Of a stretch of 34,449 bases of DNA, positions 25,812 through 33,998 are shown in pieces. The notes beneath the pieces were generated by a model. That model made no database searches. It was not told the DNA's origin and saw only the letters and a list, made by a program, of their open reading frames with translations. Location: IMG/VR virus record IMGVR_UViG_3300012942_000032, positions 122,282 to 156,730 of that record; one strand, given 5' to 3'. Origin of the DNA: a virus (Duplodnaviria > Heunggongvirae > Uroviricota > Caudoviricetes). The position numbers and the translations under genes were made by a program. Each line of letters starts with the position of its first letter. The stretch's first letter is position 1.

Positions 25812-26604
25812 TCATTTCGACGAGATGTCTAACAAAGATTTCATCAAGTTCATGAATGAGGCGGAGGGTTATTTGAATGCTCCACCTCTGAAAGTAAACT
25901 TGAAATTAGATGGATGTCTTGTATCTTTTGGAATGGATGAAGATGGTCGCATTTGGTTAAAATCTGGCAAATCTAAAAAGATCTACGATGAAGGTGCATT
26001 CTGGAAATACACTCAATCCAAGATTGCTTTTGATCGTAATTCCGAAGATAATCAGAAGCGACTTAAAAGAGCGTCTGATTATGATTATTTCTTAGGATAT
26101 CTTAAGAAGAATGAGATTGGTTTGAAACCTGGTGATTTTGTTGTAGGTGAACTTTTCAATCGTTTCGGTGCCGTTCTTTCTTGTGGAACAGGTATGGCTT
26201 CTAGATTGAAATTTGTTCATCTAGAATACTTGGCTTCTGAGTTTCCTAAACATTACACGATCTATATCTATAACACAAATACGAATCTAGAAAGTAAGAT
26301 CTTTGATACGATTGAATTTAGAGATCCATGTATTTGGGTTGGCTTTCAACATCTTTCAGAAGACCTGATGAATATCTGGAAGACTTTCAAGAAAGACCTT
26401 AGTGCATCTAGGCTTACAAAACATGCTTCATGGATCCTAAAGAAGATTAAAGAAGATATTTCAAAAGAGATCTACAAGTATCATGTGAAACAAGCATCGA
26501 AGTTAGGTGCTTGTGAAGGAATCGTTATTATGCCTGTTCCTGAGAATGGGAAAATGTGGAAGATTATTAATCCTTCATTTCGTGAGATGGTTAAGAAATC
26601 GTGA
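25786..26604 (+). CDS. RNA/DNA ligase-like covalent nucleotidyltransferase
   Basis: Motif I KLDG, GELF (III), EGIVI (IV), WKII (V); start uncertain (25777 or 25786). Confidence 0.65.
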   Translation: MDGKRRNINHFDEMSNKDFIKFMNEAEGYLNAPPLKVNLKLDGCLVSFGMDEDGRIWLKSGKSKKIYDEGAFWKYTQSKIAFDRNSEDNQKRLKRASDYDYFLGYLKKNEIGLKPGDFVVGELFNRFGAVLSCGTGMASRLKFVHLEYLASEFPKHYTIYIYNTNTNLESKIFDTIEFRDPCIWVGFQHLSEDLMNIWKTFKKDLSASRLTKHASWILKKIKEDISKEIYKYHVKQASKLGACEGIVIMPVPENGKMWKIINPSFREMVKKS

Positions 26605-27128
26605 ACAATATATCGTTGATGGTTGGTCGTTTTCAGCCTTGCATGCACAAAGGTCACTTGCAGATGATCAAGGACATGAAATATCGTCCTTGTGTCGTCA
26701 TGATTGATGCTCCAGGCACTTCTCAAGATAAGAATAAAAATCCTCTGACTTGGGATGAACGTTATGATATTATCCAAGAAGCTTTGTTTCCGACATATGG
26801 AGACGAAGTAATGTTCTATGAGTATCATAATGGTTATATTCCCGATATCATTAGAATGTTGAGAGAAGATGATTTCGATGTCAAGGAACTTATTGCAGGC
26901 CCTGATAGGATTGCTGAATACAAAAAGAAGGTAGATAGACTCAACCAGCTACTAAATACTTCAGATAAAATCAGCCTTGAGTATGTTGAGGCTAGACGTA
27001 TAACCAGTTCTACTGAAGTGCGCGCGGCGATTCGTGATAATGACGTCAAGACGTTCAAGTCATTGACACACCGAAGGAATTGGGACTATTTCGATTTTCT
27101 AAGAGAGAAGCTATCCAATGACAGATAA
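26601..27128 (+). CDS. HIGH-superfamily (cytidylyl/adenylyl) nucleotidyltransferase
   Basis: VGRFQPCMHKGH, KNPLTWDER, AGPDR, SSTEVRAAI. Confidence 0.85.
   Translation: MNNISLMVGRFQPCMHKGHLQMIKDMKYRPCVVMIDAPGTSQDKNKNPLTWDERYDIIQEALFPTYGDEVMFYEYHNGYIPDIIRMLREDDFDVKELIAGPDRIAEYKKKVDRLNQLLNTSDKISLEYVEARRITSSTEVRAAIRDNDVKTFKSLTHRRNWDYFDFLREKLSNDR
26952..26961 (+). promoter_or_regulatory. Possible late promoter upstream of the His-rich gene
   Basis: CTAAATACTT, identical 10-mer to the endolysin late-promoter candidate at 1687-1696. Confidence 0.4.
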
Positions 27129-28815
27129 GATTCAGTTAAAGAGTTTCAATGATTTCCTAAATGAGAGTGTGGTCGCTGCTAAGCCAGAACCTAAGATTGA
27201 ATCTGCTCATTATGAGGCAGCTCAAAGAAGCTTTAAATTAGGTCACATTAAAGAGCATCACAGTTCTATGGCTGAACACCATGCCGAACTAGAGATGCAT
27301 TACGATGATCTAGGTAATAACAAGATGTCAGAAGCACATGGCAAAGCTGCTCATGAGCACATGATGAAAGCTGCCGCAGCAAAGAATAAAGATCATTTTG
27401 ACGAATCTGTAGAAGCGTTTAATGAGACCATGGATTCTTTGTTTGAAGATCATCTTCCAGATAGTTCTCATATTTCAAATGCTCATGCGCATCTTTGGGC
27501 TGCTACAAATCATCTGAAGAATAAAGATGTAGATGGTTTTCATAATTCAATGATTTCATATCATACGAATATGGCAAAGCATCACTCACAAGCATTTGGT
27601 GATCATCTCGATAAGAGTACAGAGCTTAGTAAATCTGACCCTAATGAAGCTAAAACTCATGAAGATCTAGCTTGGGCGCATTCCGCTGCCTACGATCATC
27701 ATAAGCAGGTTGCAAAGCAACATTCTTCATATCTTAAGAAGAAGGGACGTCTATTGAAGGAAGATGTTCGTCTTGAACTAGAATCCTTAGCTGAATCTCT
27801 GTCACCTGAAGCTAGAGAAGATGCAGGTAAACAACAAGCATCGGTGGCAAAGAAAGCCACCGATGAAGCTTCTAAGCTTGTTGATGATCAAGCATCTGCA
27901 AGCCAAAATGGTGGCTCAGATAAGAGTAACCTGAAGGAAGATATTGGTATCGGTGCTGTCGATGGTTCTTCTGCTCCTTTCAATTCGGCAACAGAAAATA
28001 ATGTTGCTAGAAAGGATATGATTCTTGGTCCTATGGCAAAGAGAAAGAAGAATATCAACGAAGCTAAGTTGAACCCAGCAACCAGACCACCGGCTGCTCC
28101 TACACAATCTAAGTCTAATGATAGTCTTCCAGATAAGAGAAAATCTCTTGGAAAGCTGAAGGAAGATTTAGATGCTGTAGAATCTGATTTTCTAAATGAA
28201 AGCGAGCAAGGTGAGAAGAATATCGCTGATGCTAAGAAACATTTAGATTTATCCAAGAAGCATCTACAGAAAGCAGAAGCTACTGACGGTGCAATATCTT
28301 TCAAAACTCACATGCGTGAGCACCATAGAAATTTGAGCATCCACCATCAAATCATGTCTGATCACCATATGGACAAATATGATGAGGCTAAGAAAGAGGG
28401 TGATCATCAATCTCAAGAATTCCATGCTAGTAAAGTAGATCATCATAATGAAGCTGGTAGGAAGCATGTAGAATTGTTCCACGATTATCAGGGAACTAAG
28501 TTGTATGAAGATGGCGATTTTCCAGATAAGACAACTATGTTAGATAAGACTCTAGTAGAGGATGCTTATAAGAGTGCATCATATGCTTCTGTTGCTGCTA
28601 AGCATAAATTCCAAGTCAAAGGACCTTCTCAGACTCACGTCTTTACCCATTCAGATCATGGAACTCTTAATGTGAATCGTGAAAACGATACATGGGAACA
28701 TAATTCTGCGAAACCTAACACAAGAGAGAAGGGCAAGGTTACTTCTGGTAAGGGCTCTGAGGCTCTTGATAGACATCTAAGACAGAATGCTACTGCTAAG
28801 CAGGTTCATATCTAA
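27118..28815 (+). CDS. His-rich, internally repeated protein; putative internal head protein
   Basis: N-terminal LKSFNDFLNE resembles T4-like capsid-targeting leaders; about ten (L/I)xE sites; two to three His-rich helical repeats. Confidence 0.6.
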   Translation: MTDKIQLKSFNDFLNESVVAAKPEPKIESAHYEAAQRSFKLGHIKEHHSSMAEHHAELEMHYDDLGNNKMSEAHGKAAHEHMMKAAAAKNKDHFDESVEAFNETMDSLFEDHLPDSSHISNAHAHLWAATNHLKNKDVDGFHNSMISYHTNMAKHHSQAFGDHLDKSTELSKSDPNEAKTHEDLAWAHSAAYDHHKQVAKQHSSYLKKKGRLLKEDVRLELESLAESLSPEAREDAGKQQASVAKKATDEASKLVDDQASASQNGGSDKSNLKEDIGIGAVDGSSAPFNSATENNVARKDMILGPMAKRKKNINEAKLNPATRPPAAPTQSKSNDSLPDKRKSLGKLKEDLDAVESDFLNESEQGEKNIADAKKHLDLSKKHLQKAEATDGAISFKTHMREHHRNLSIHHQIMSDHHMDKYDEAKKEGDHQSQEFHASKVDHHNEAGRKHVELFHDYQGTKLYEDGDFPDKTTMLDKTLVEDAYKSASYASVAAKHKFQVKGPSQTHVFTHSDHGTLNVNRENDTWEHNSAKPNTREKGKVTSGKGSEALDRHLRQNATAKQVHI

Positions 28816-29240
28816 TGCTTATGAGCTTTGAAGAATTTCTTTCAGAAGATGCAAAAATCCCAAATATCAATAAGAGTTTGGGTAAGATGCGTCATGGAAT
28901 GCCTCAATTAGGAAAATTTGAGGCATTCCAGGCTGACCTCAAGAAGAATAATATTGGAACAGCTAAGGAATCTATAGAGCCTAAGAAGCTAATTCCTACA
29001 CAAAAGAATTTCAATCAAGAGAAAGTTGATCGTCTAAAAGATGATGGTTGGGATTCTAAACCTATTATTGTTTCCAAAGATAATTATGTTGTAGACGGTC
29101 ATCACAGATGGCTTGCTGCGCACCAGAAAGGTCAGAAGATCAAATGTCTGGTAATTGGAAGGAATTGTGAAGATCTACTTGATTTCCTAGACGGAAAGAA
29201 GTATGTCATTAAAAAGAAGATTAATGAGGAAACAGAATGA
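28815..29240 (+). CDS. ParB/Srx-like domain protein
   Basis: MPQL, LIPTQK, PIIVSKDNYVVDGHHRWLA; N-terminal MSFEEFLSE leader. Confidence 0.8.
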   Translation: MLMSFEEFLSEDAKIPNINKSLGKMRHGMPQLGKFEAFQADLKKNNIGTAKESIEPKKLIPTQKNFNQEKVDRLKDDGWDSKPIIVSKDNYVVDGHHRWLAAHQKGQKIKCLVIGRNCEDLLDFLDGKKYVIKKKINEETE

Positions 29241-29998
29241 GTTTACCAGTAGTAAAGGTATCCAAATATAATCTAGAAATTCCGGAACTAGGTAGGACGA
29301 TCAAGTATCGTCCTTTTTTGACCGGTGAACATAAGATATTGCTCACTGCAATTGAGTTCAAAGATGAAATTGCTCTTATCAATGCGCTTGTTGATATTGT
29401 AGATGCTTGCACTTTCAAAGAACTCGATATGACAAAGCTCCCTATGCATCTTGTTGATTATATCTTCCTGAAGATCTACACCAAGTCTGTAGGAGCGAAG
29501 AGTCCAGCAGTCTATCAATGTGTGAATTTGGTTAATAAAGCACCTGAAGGTTCAGATGAAGAACAAATTGAACCATGTAATGCAAGATTTAATCTTTTCC
29601 TAAATCTAGACGATTCTGAAATTTTCTATCCTGAAGGATATGATGCTAAGAAGACCATCATGGTAGACGATGAAGTTGGAATTAAACTACGAATTCCTTC
29701 TTTTGAAGATTATAGGAATGTTGATTTTTCAGGCACATTTATTGATATTACCGATCAATTCATCTTGGCTTGTATTGAATACGTCTTTGACAAGGATAGC
29801 ATTCGTAGACCTGGAGAAGATTTTACTCCTCAAGAAATGATCAAGTGGTTAGAAGGTGTAGAATCTAGAGTTATTGAAGAGATTGGTGATTTCTTTAGAG
29901 ATCTACCTTATCTAGGTTTGAATGTAGACATTACCTGTCCTGATTGTGGTAAAAAAGAGCACATCGAACTCAAGGGCCTAGAAGATTTTTTCGTCTAA
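29237..29998 (+). CDS. gp26: T4 gp26-like baseplate hub/tail assembly protein
   Basis: MSLPVV...IKYRPFLTGEHKILL...DYIFLKIYTKSVG...CPDCG...LKGLEDFF. Confidence 0.82.
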   Translation: MSLPVVKVSKYNLEIPELGRTIKYRPFLTGEHKILLTAIEFKDEIALINALVDIVDACTFKELDMTKLPMHLVDYIFLKIYTKSVGAKSPAVYQCVNLVNKAPEGSDEEQIEPCNARFNLFLNLDDSEIFYPEGYDAKKTIMVDDEVGIKLRIPSFEDYRNVDFSGTFIDITDQFILACIEYVFDKDSIRRPGEDFTPQEMIKWLEGVESRVIEEIGDFFRDLPYLGLNVDITCPDCGKKEHIELKGLEDFFV

Positions 29999-30165
29999 TC
30001 GTACCCTCTGGTGAACTTCTTGATAAATTAGAGACTATCAATCTAATTGTTCAAGAACATGAATACAGTAGGGAGTCGCTTCTAGAGATGCCTCCCTACG
30101 AGTTTGAATTAACTGTTATGATGATCATGAAGAATTTAGAGAACAAAAAGAAGATCATACAGTAA
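29989..30165 (+). CDS. gp51: gp51-like ORF with no start codon, probably expressed by -1 frameshift from gp26
   Basis: -1 frame open from 29953 to TAA 30163-30165: FRLIVPSGELLDKLETINLIVQEHEYSRESLLEMPPYEFELTVMMIMKNLENKKKIIQ; no ATG/GTG/TTG before 30088; slippery T TTT TTC at 29986-29992. Missing from the ORF track. Confidence 0.7.
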   Translation, partial: FRLIVPSGELLDKLETINLIVQEHEYSRESLLEMPPYEFELTVMMIMKNLENKKKIIQ

Positions 30166-30182
30166 TCAGAGAGGTACGTTAA

Positions 30183-33035
30183 ATGGCAATTCCATCGATC
30201 TTATCTACTGCAGGGCGCCTAGCTGGGAGCGTAGGTAAGAAAGCTCTTACGACTGGAAAGAACATTGCCTCTTCTAAGGAATTTCAGCGTCTTAAGGATA
30301 AGGCAGTAGAAAGAGCGCCTGGTGCTCTTTGGCATGCTGCGGGCGGACATAAGGTTCCTATTTTAGACGCAGGTTTCAAGTATCTCGATAAGATGCGTAT
30401 CAATTCTTATCGAGAGAATAAGAAGCGTCAGAAAGATATTGATGACCAAAGAAGCAAGTTTGATGCTTGGGCGTCTGCTTGGGGAAAGAATAATTCTGCT
30501 CAGACCAAGGCTCAACAAGCTTCACAAAGACGTGCTCAAGCTCAGATTTCTAATCAATCAAAGATCCTAGAAAATCAAGCTAAGAATCTGACCGTTGAAA
30601 CAAGAAAGATTCTTCAGGCTCAAACAAAGCTTCTAGGTCAAGAGCAGGGCAAGATTGTTAAAGCTCTTGAACACCAAACTAAACTTCTTGAGCATCAACA
30701 ACAAGAGACGAAAAAGTCTACAGATGAAAGCATCCGTAGATTGACCCATCAGCGTCAAGAAGAAAAGACTGAAAAAGCAAAGAAAGAGAATAGACGCAGA
30801 CAGAGACGCGCCCAAAAAGAGGGAGATGCTGTTCTTCATAAATCCAGCCAAGGTATTCTACTTCAGATTGCTTCTGATATCAGAGACATTAAAAGCATTC
30901 TAGGTAGTGGGCATTTTGGTTCTGGAGGTCAAAAGGAAGAATCAAGTTCTGGCGGTGGACTTGGAAGTATTGTAGAAAATCTTGTCGGTGATTATGTTGC
31001 CAGAAAAGCTGGCGGCTTCGTTTTGAAGGGTGCCGCAAAGATCTTCAAGAGAGCAAAACCTGCAAGAGCAATCAAGGGTCTTCTAGAAGGCGGAAAATCT
31101 TTAGTTTCTGGTGCTGCGAAGAAAGTTCTTCGCTGGAATGGATCTAAGTGGGCTGGAAAGGAACTTGCTACCATTGCTGGTAATGGGGCTAAAGCAACAA
31201 GAGTTTCAGGTCAACTTGTGAGAGATGCAATTCCTCTTGAAGGTGAAGTAATCAAGAGAATTGGATATGATGGTGCAAAGACAGCCGAAAAGGGTATTCC
31301 TGCCGTATTATCTGCTTCTAAGGCACTGACGACAACGGCAGGCGCGGCTGCTAAAGGTGGTTTAAAAGCCGCTGAAGGTACAGTAGGAACTGGTATTGCA
31401 GCGATTGCTAGATCGGGCGCTGTCGAAAAGAGTCTTGCAGAAAAGGGTTTAAAGGTTGCAGGAAAAGGACTCGTTAAAGAAGGTGCAATTAAAGGCATTG
31501 CTAAGCTAGGTGGTAAGGAATTAGGTAAAACTCTTCTGAAGAAAGTACCTATTATCGGTCTTCTTGCAAGCGTAGGATTTGGTATCAATAGAGCTATCCA
31601 TGGAGACTGGGTAGGTGCAGGCATGGAAGTCGCTTCAGGTGCAGCAAGTACCATTCCAGGTGTAGGAACTGCGGCATCTCTAGGTATTGATGCCGCACTC
31701 ATTGCGCGTGACATTAAAAAAGGTGCAGATGCGGATAAGAAGGGCGAGGAACCTGCTCAAACTCCACCTGCAAGTCCAGCTGCAAAGCCACCTGGTGCAA
31801 TTAAGAAAGATACACCTAAGCCTATCGTAACACCGACAGTAAAGCCTTTGGCAGCTACAGTGAAAGCAAAGGCTTCTGCTGCAACGAGCGATGATGGTTC
31901 TTCACAACAGAATAATACCGTTGCTGCTACTTTGGCGGCAATGCTTTCTGCTATGACTGATGAAAAGGTTGGTATATTCATCAGACCTGCGAAGGATTCT
32001 TTAGACGATCAAGGGCAAGGTCCTGGAATTCCTGGTGGTTATGATTCTTCTGGAAATCCATCATTCAATGCTGCTGGAAGCAATGGAAAGAATCTGAGAC
32101 CTACTTTAACTCCTGGTCTTTCTTCATCTACAAATAGATTGATGCCAGAAGGTAGTATTACGCCTATGGGCACTTTGGGAGGCAAGGGACGCATGCCTGC
32201 AGATATTCCTTTCTCCGCCGATGGTCAATTACCTGGTCTTTCTAAGGCTCAGACACAAGCTCTTGCATCTGATACTGCCTATACTGAATCTAGAGGTAAT
32301 ATAGGAGTTGAGAACAAATATGGATACATTGGAAAGTATCAATTTGGTGCTGAAGCTCTTGCAGATCAAGGTTTAGTAGACAAAGATAAGCTTCTGGAAG
32401 CAAAGAAGAAAGCAGGAAAGGATTGGTATTCAGGTGGACAAACCAAATTCCTAGATGATTCTCAAAATTGGTCGCTGAAGGGAGGAAAGAAAGCTTTCTT
32501 AGGCGATGAGAAGATTCAAGATGATGCTTATATGAAGTTCACTAAGAAGAATATCGAATCTGGCTTCAAATCAGGAGCTTTGAATTACAATTCTTCTGCA
32601 GAAGATATTGGTGCCTATGCTAAGGCAGCGCATCTGAAGGGTGTAGGAAACGCTAATAAGCTATTCTTAAATGGTCAAGCATCATATGACGCGAATGGAA
32701 CTAGCACGGCAACCTATGCTGCTCAAGCTAGAAGTGCGATTGCGCACGCTGGAAATGCGAATCCATCATTAATCAATGGTGGTCAAAGTGATAAAGCTAT
32801 GGCAATGTCACGTCAACCTACTTCACATGCAGAAACATTAACGAAGCAACAGAATGAAATTGCATCAGCTTCTAAGAATCAGCAACCTATAATTGTTCCT
32901 GTTCCACAACCAGCACCTGCCCCACAGAAAGCTTCATCAGGACCTGCAGGTGTTCAGGGTGCAATGATTTCTAGAAACCCTGATTCGTCTATTAGACGAC
33001 TAACAGACGCAACAATGAGCGCATCAATTTCCTGA
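30183..33035 (+). CDS. Tape-measure/gp29-like tail protein with C-terminal lysozyme-like domain
   Basis: Long Ala/Gly/Lys-rich helical protein with coiled coil and hydrophobic hairpin (IIGLLASVGFG...IDAALIARD); ESRGN...GYIGKYQFG transglycosylase-like motif; follows gp26/51. Confidence 0.72.
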   Translation: MAIPSILSTAGRLAGSVGKKALTTGKNIASSKEFQRLKDKAVERAPGALWHAAGGHKVPILDAGFKYLDKMRINSYRENKKRQKDIDDQRSKFDAWASAWGKNNSAQTKAQQASQRRAQAQISNQSKILENQAKNLTVETRKILQAQTKLLGQEQGKIVKALEHQTKLLEHQQQETKKSTDESIRRLTHQRQEEKTEKAKKENRRRQRRAQKEGDAVLHKSSQGILLQIASDIRDIKSILGSGHFGSGGQKEESSSGGGLGSIVENLVGDYVARKAGGFVLKGAAKIFKRAKPARAIKGLLEGGKSLVSGAAKKVLRWNGSKWAGKELATIAGNGAKATRVSGQLVRDAIPLEGEVIKRIGYDGAKTAEKGIPAVLSASKALTTTAGAAAKGGLKAAEGTVGTGIAAIARSGAVEKSLAEKGLKVAGKGLVKEGAIKGIAKLGGKELGKTLLKKVPIIGLLASVGFGINRAIHGDWVGAGMEVASGAASTIPGVGTAASLGIDAALIARDIKKGADADKKGEEPAQTPPASPAAKPPGAIKKDTPKPIVTPTVKPLAATVKAKASAATSDDGSSQQNNTVAATLAAMLSAMTDEKVGIFIRPAKDSLDDQGQGPGIPGGYDSSGNPSFNAAGSNGKNLRPTLTPGLSSSTNRLMPEGSITPMGTLGGKGRMPADIPFSADGQLPGLSKAQTQALASDTAYTESRGNIGVENKYGYIGKYQFGAEALADQGLVDKDKLLEAKKKAGKDWYSGGQTKFLDDSQNWSLKGGKKAFLGDEKIQDDAYMKFTKKNIESGFKSGALNYNSSAEDIGAYAKAAHLKGVGNANKLFLNGQASYDANGTSTATYAAQARSAIAHAGNANPSLINGGQSDKAMAMSRQPTSHAETLTKQQNEIASASKNQQPIIVPVPQPAPAPQKASSGPAGVQGAMISRNPDSSIRRLTDATMSASIS

Positions 33036-33587
33036 TGCGCTTTTTTCATTGATCTTTTTGAACTGATCGTTCTGAGTATTGATTATTGTAGTCAGTTTGT
33101 CTGTCCAGGCTTTGCAAGCACGGAGTCTTTCGAGGTACTGGTCTGATTCTCCAGCGAAACTCCAAAGAAATTGGCTAGTCTCTTCAGAAAGTAACCCTGA
33201 TCCGGAATTGGATCCGATACTGCTGCCGGTGCCGTTGGAACCTGGGCTGGTTGTGCTAGGACTGCTTTTGTGGGTGCCTGGGTCGCGCAGGCGCTTATTG
33301 TCAGCAGCGAGCTTAGCAACATCGCCTTGAAGACTGTTGATGCGGTCTTTGTATTCATTATCAATATCTCCTCTAGCATTAGCTAGATCTAATTCTGCTT
33401 GGTTTTTAGCTTGATTAGCATCAGCTAATGTTTTATCTGATTTCTGATTCAGAGCATCTATTTGGATCTTTTGTTGACCTGCATCATATTTGCTTGTGTA
33501 ATGATACGTCATCCAACCAGAAGCTCCTGCTCCTACTACCAAGCAGATTAAGGCAATCAGAATATAATTTTTGATATTCTCTATCAT
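33024..33587 (-). CDS. rz: Inner-membrane spanin (Rz-like)
   Basis: N-terminal TM segment (YILIALICLVVGAGASGW), coiled coil, late Cys (RLRACKAW); contains a nested lipoprotein ORF. Confidence 0.85.
   Translation of the reverse strand: MIENIKNYILIALICLVVGAGASGWMTYHYTSKYDAGQQKIQIDALNQKSDKTLADANQAKNQAELDLANARGDIDNEYKDRINSLQGDVAKLAADNKRLRDPGTHKSSPSTTSPGSNGTGSSIGSNSGSGLLSEETSQFLWSFAGESDQYLERLRACKAWTDKLTTIINTQNDQFKKINEKSASGN
33092..33358 (-). CDS. rz1: Outer-membrane lipoprotein spanin (Rz1-like), fully embedded in Rz
   Basis: ATG at 33358 with GAGGAG RBS; signal MNTKTASTVFKAMLLSSLLTISA-C (lipobox ISAC) and Pro/Ala-rich mature part. Confidence 0.82.
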   Translation of the reverse strand: MNTKTASTVFKAMLLSSLLTISACATQAPTKAVLAQPAQVPTAPAAVSDPIPDQGYFLKRLANFFGVSLENQTSTSKDSVLAKPGQTN

Positions 33588-33979
33588 AAGTGATTTAGAT
33601 TATACCTCAGTTCTGTATCTTTTAGAATGTCAACCATAATTCGGTGTGGTTCTACTTCTGTACCATCAGAGAAATTATAGCATCTTAAGAACATCAGAAT
33701 TGCTTTGATCACACTAAACTGGATATCTGTGCAGATGATCCTGAATAACAGATTAGTGGTTTTGATGCCGAACGCATTAAGAGATACAATAACATTATTA
33801 AGAAGGAGTTTTTCATTTAATTGCCCCGACTTAATGAATCTAGAAACCATTTTCTTGGCGGTTAGAACATTATTGATATCTTTTTCAAATTCTTGTGTGT
33901 TAAAGAAAGAAGAGCGATTGGAATAGGTTTTCTTTCCAATCGCTCTTAGATCATCACGAGTATAACGAACTGAACTCAT
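33584..33979 (-). CDS. Conserved T4-like phage hypothetical protein
   Basis: EFEKDI...GQLNEKLLLNNVIVSLNAFG...LF...KAILMFL pattern, recalled from T4-like genomes (DUF7207-like, unverified). Confidence 0.55.
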   Translation of the reverse strand: MSSVRYTRDDLRAIGKKTYSNRSSFFNTQEFEKDINNVLTAKKMVSRFIKSGQLNEKLLLNNVIVSLNAFGIKTTNLLFRIICTDIQFSVIKAILMFLRCYNFSDGTEVEPHRIMVDILKDTELRYNLNHL

Positions 33980-33998
33980 AAAACCTCAAAGGTGTAGA

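Noticed and set aside
13-33926. Many ORF-track entries on the minus strand or in alternative frames (e.g. 13-207, 274-579, 11254-11712, 15266-15583, 24262-24645, 27888-28304, 31211-31714, 33705-33926)
   Set aside because: They are shadows of well-supported genes with no motifs or RBS; only the nested 33092-33358 lipoprotein was accepted.
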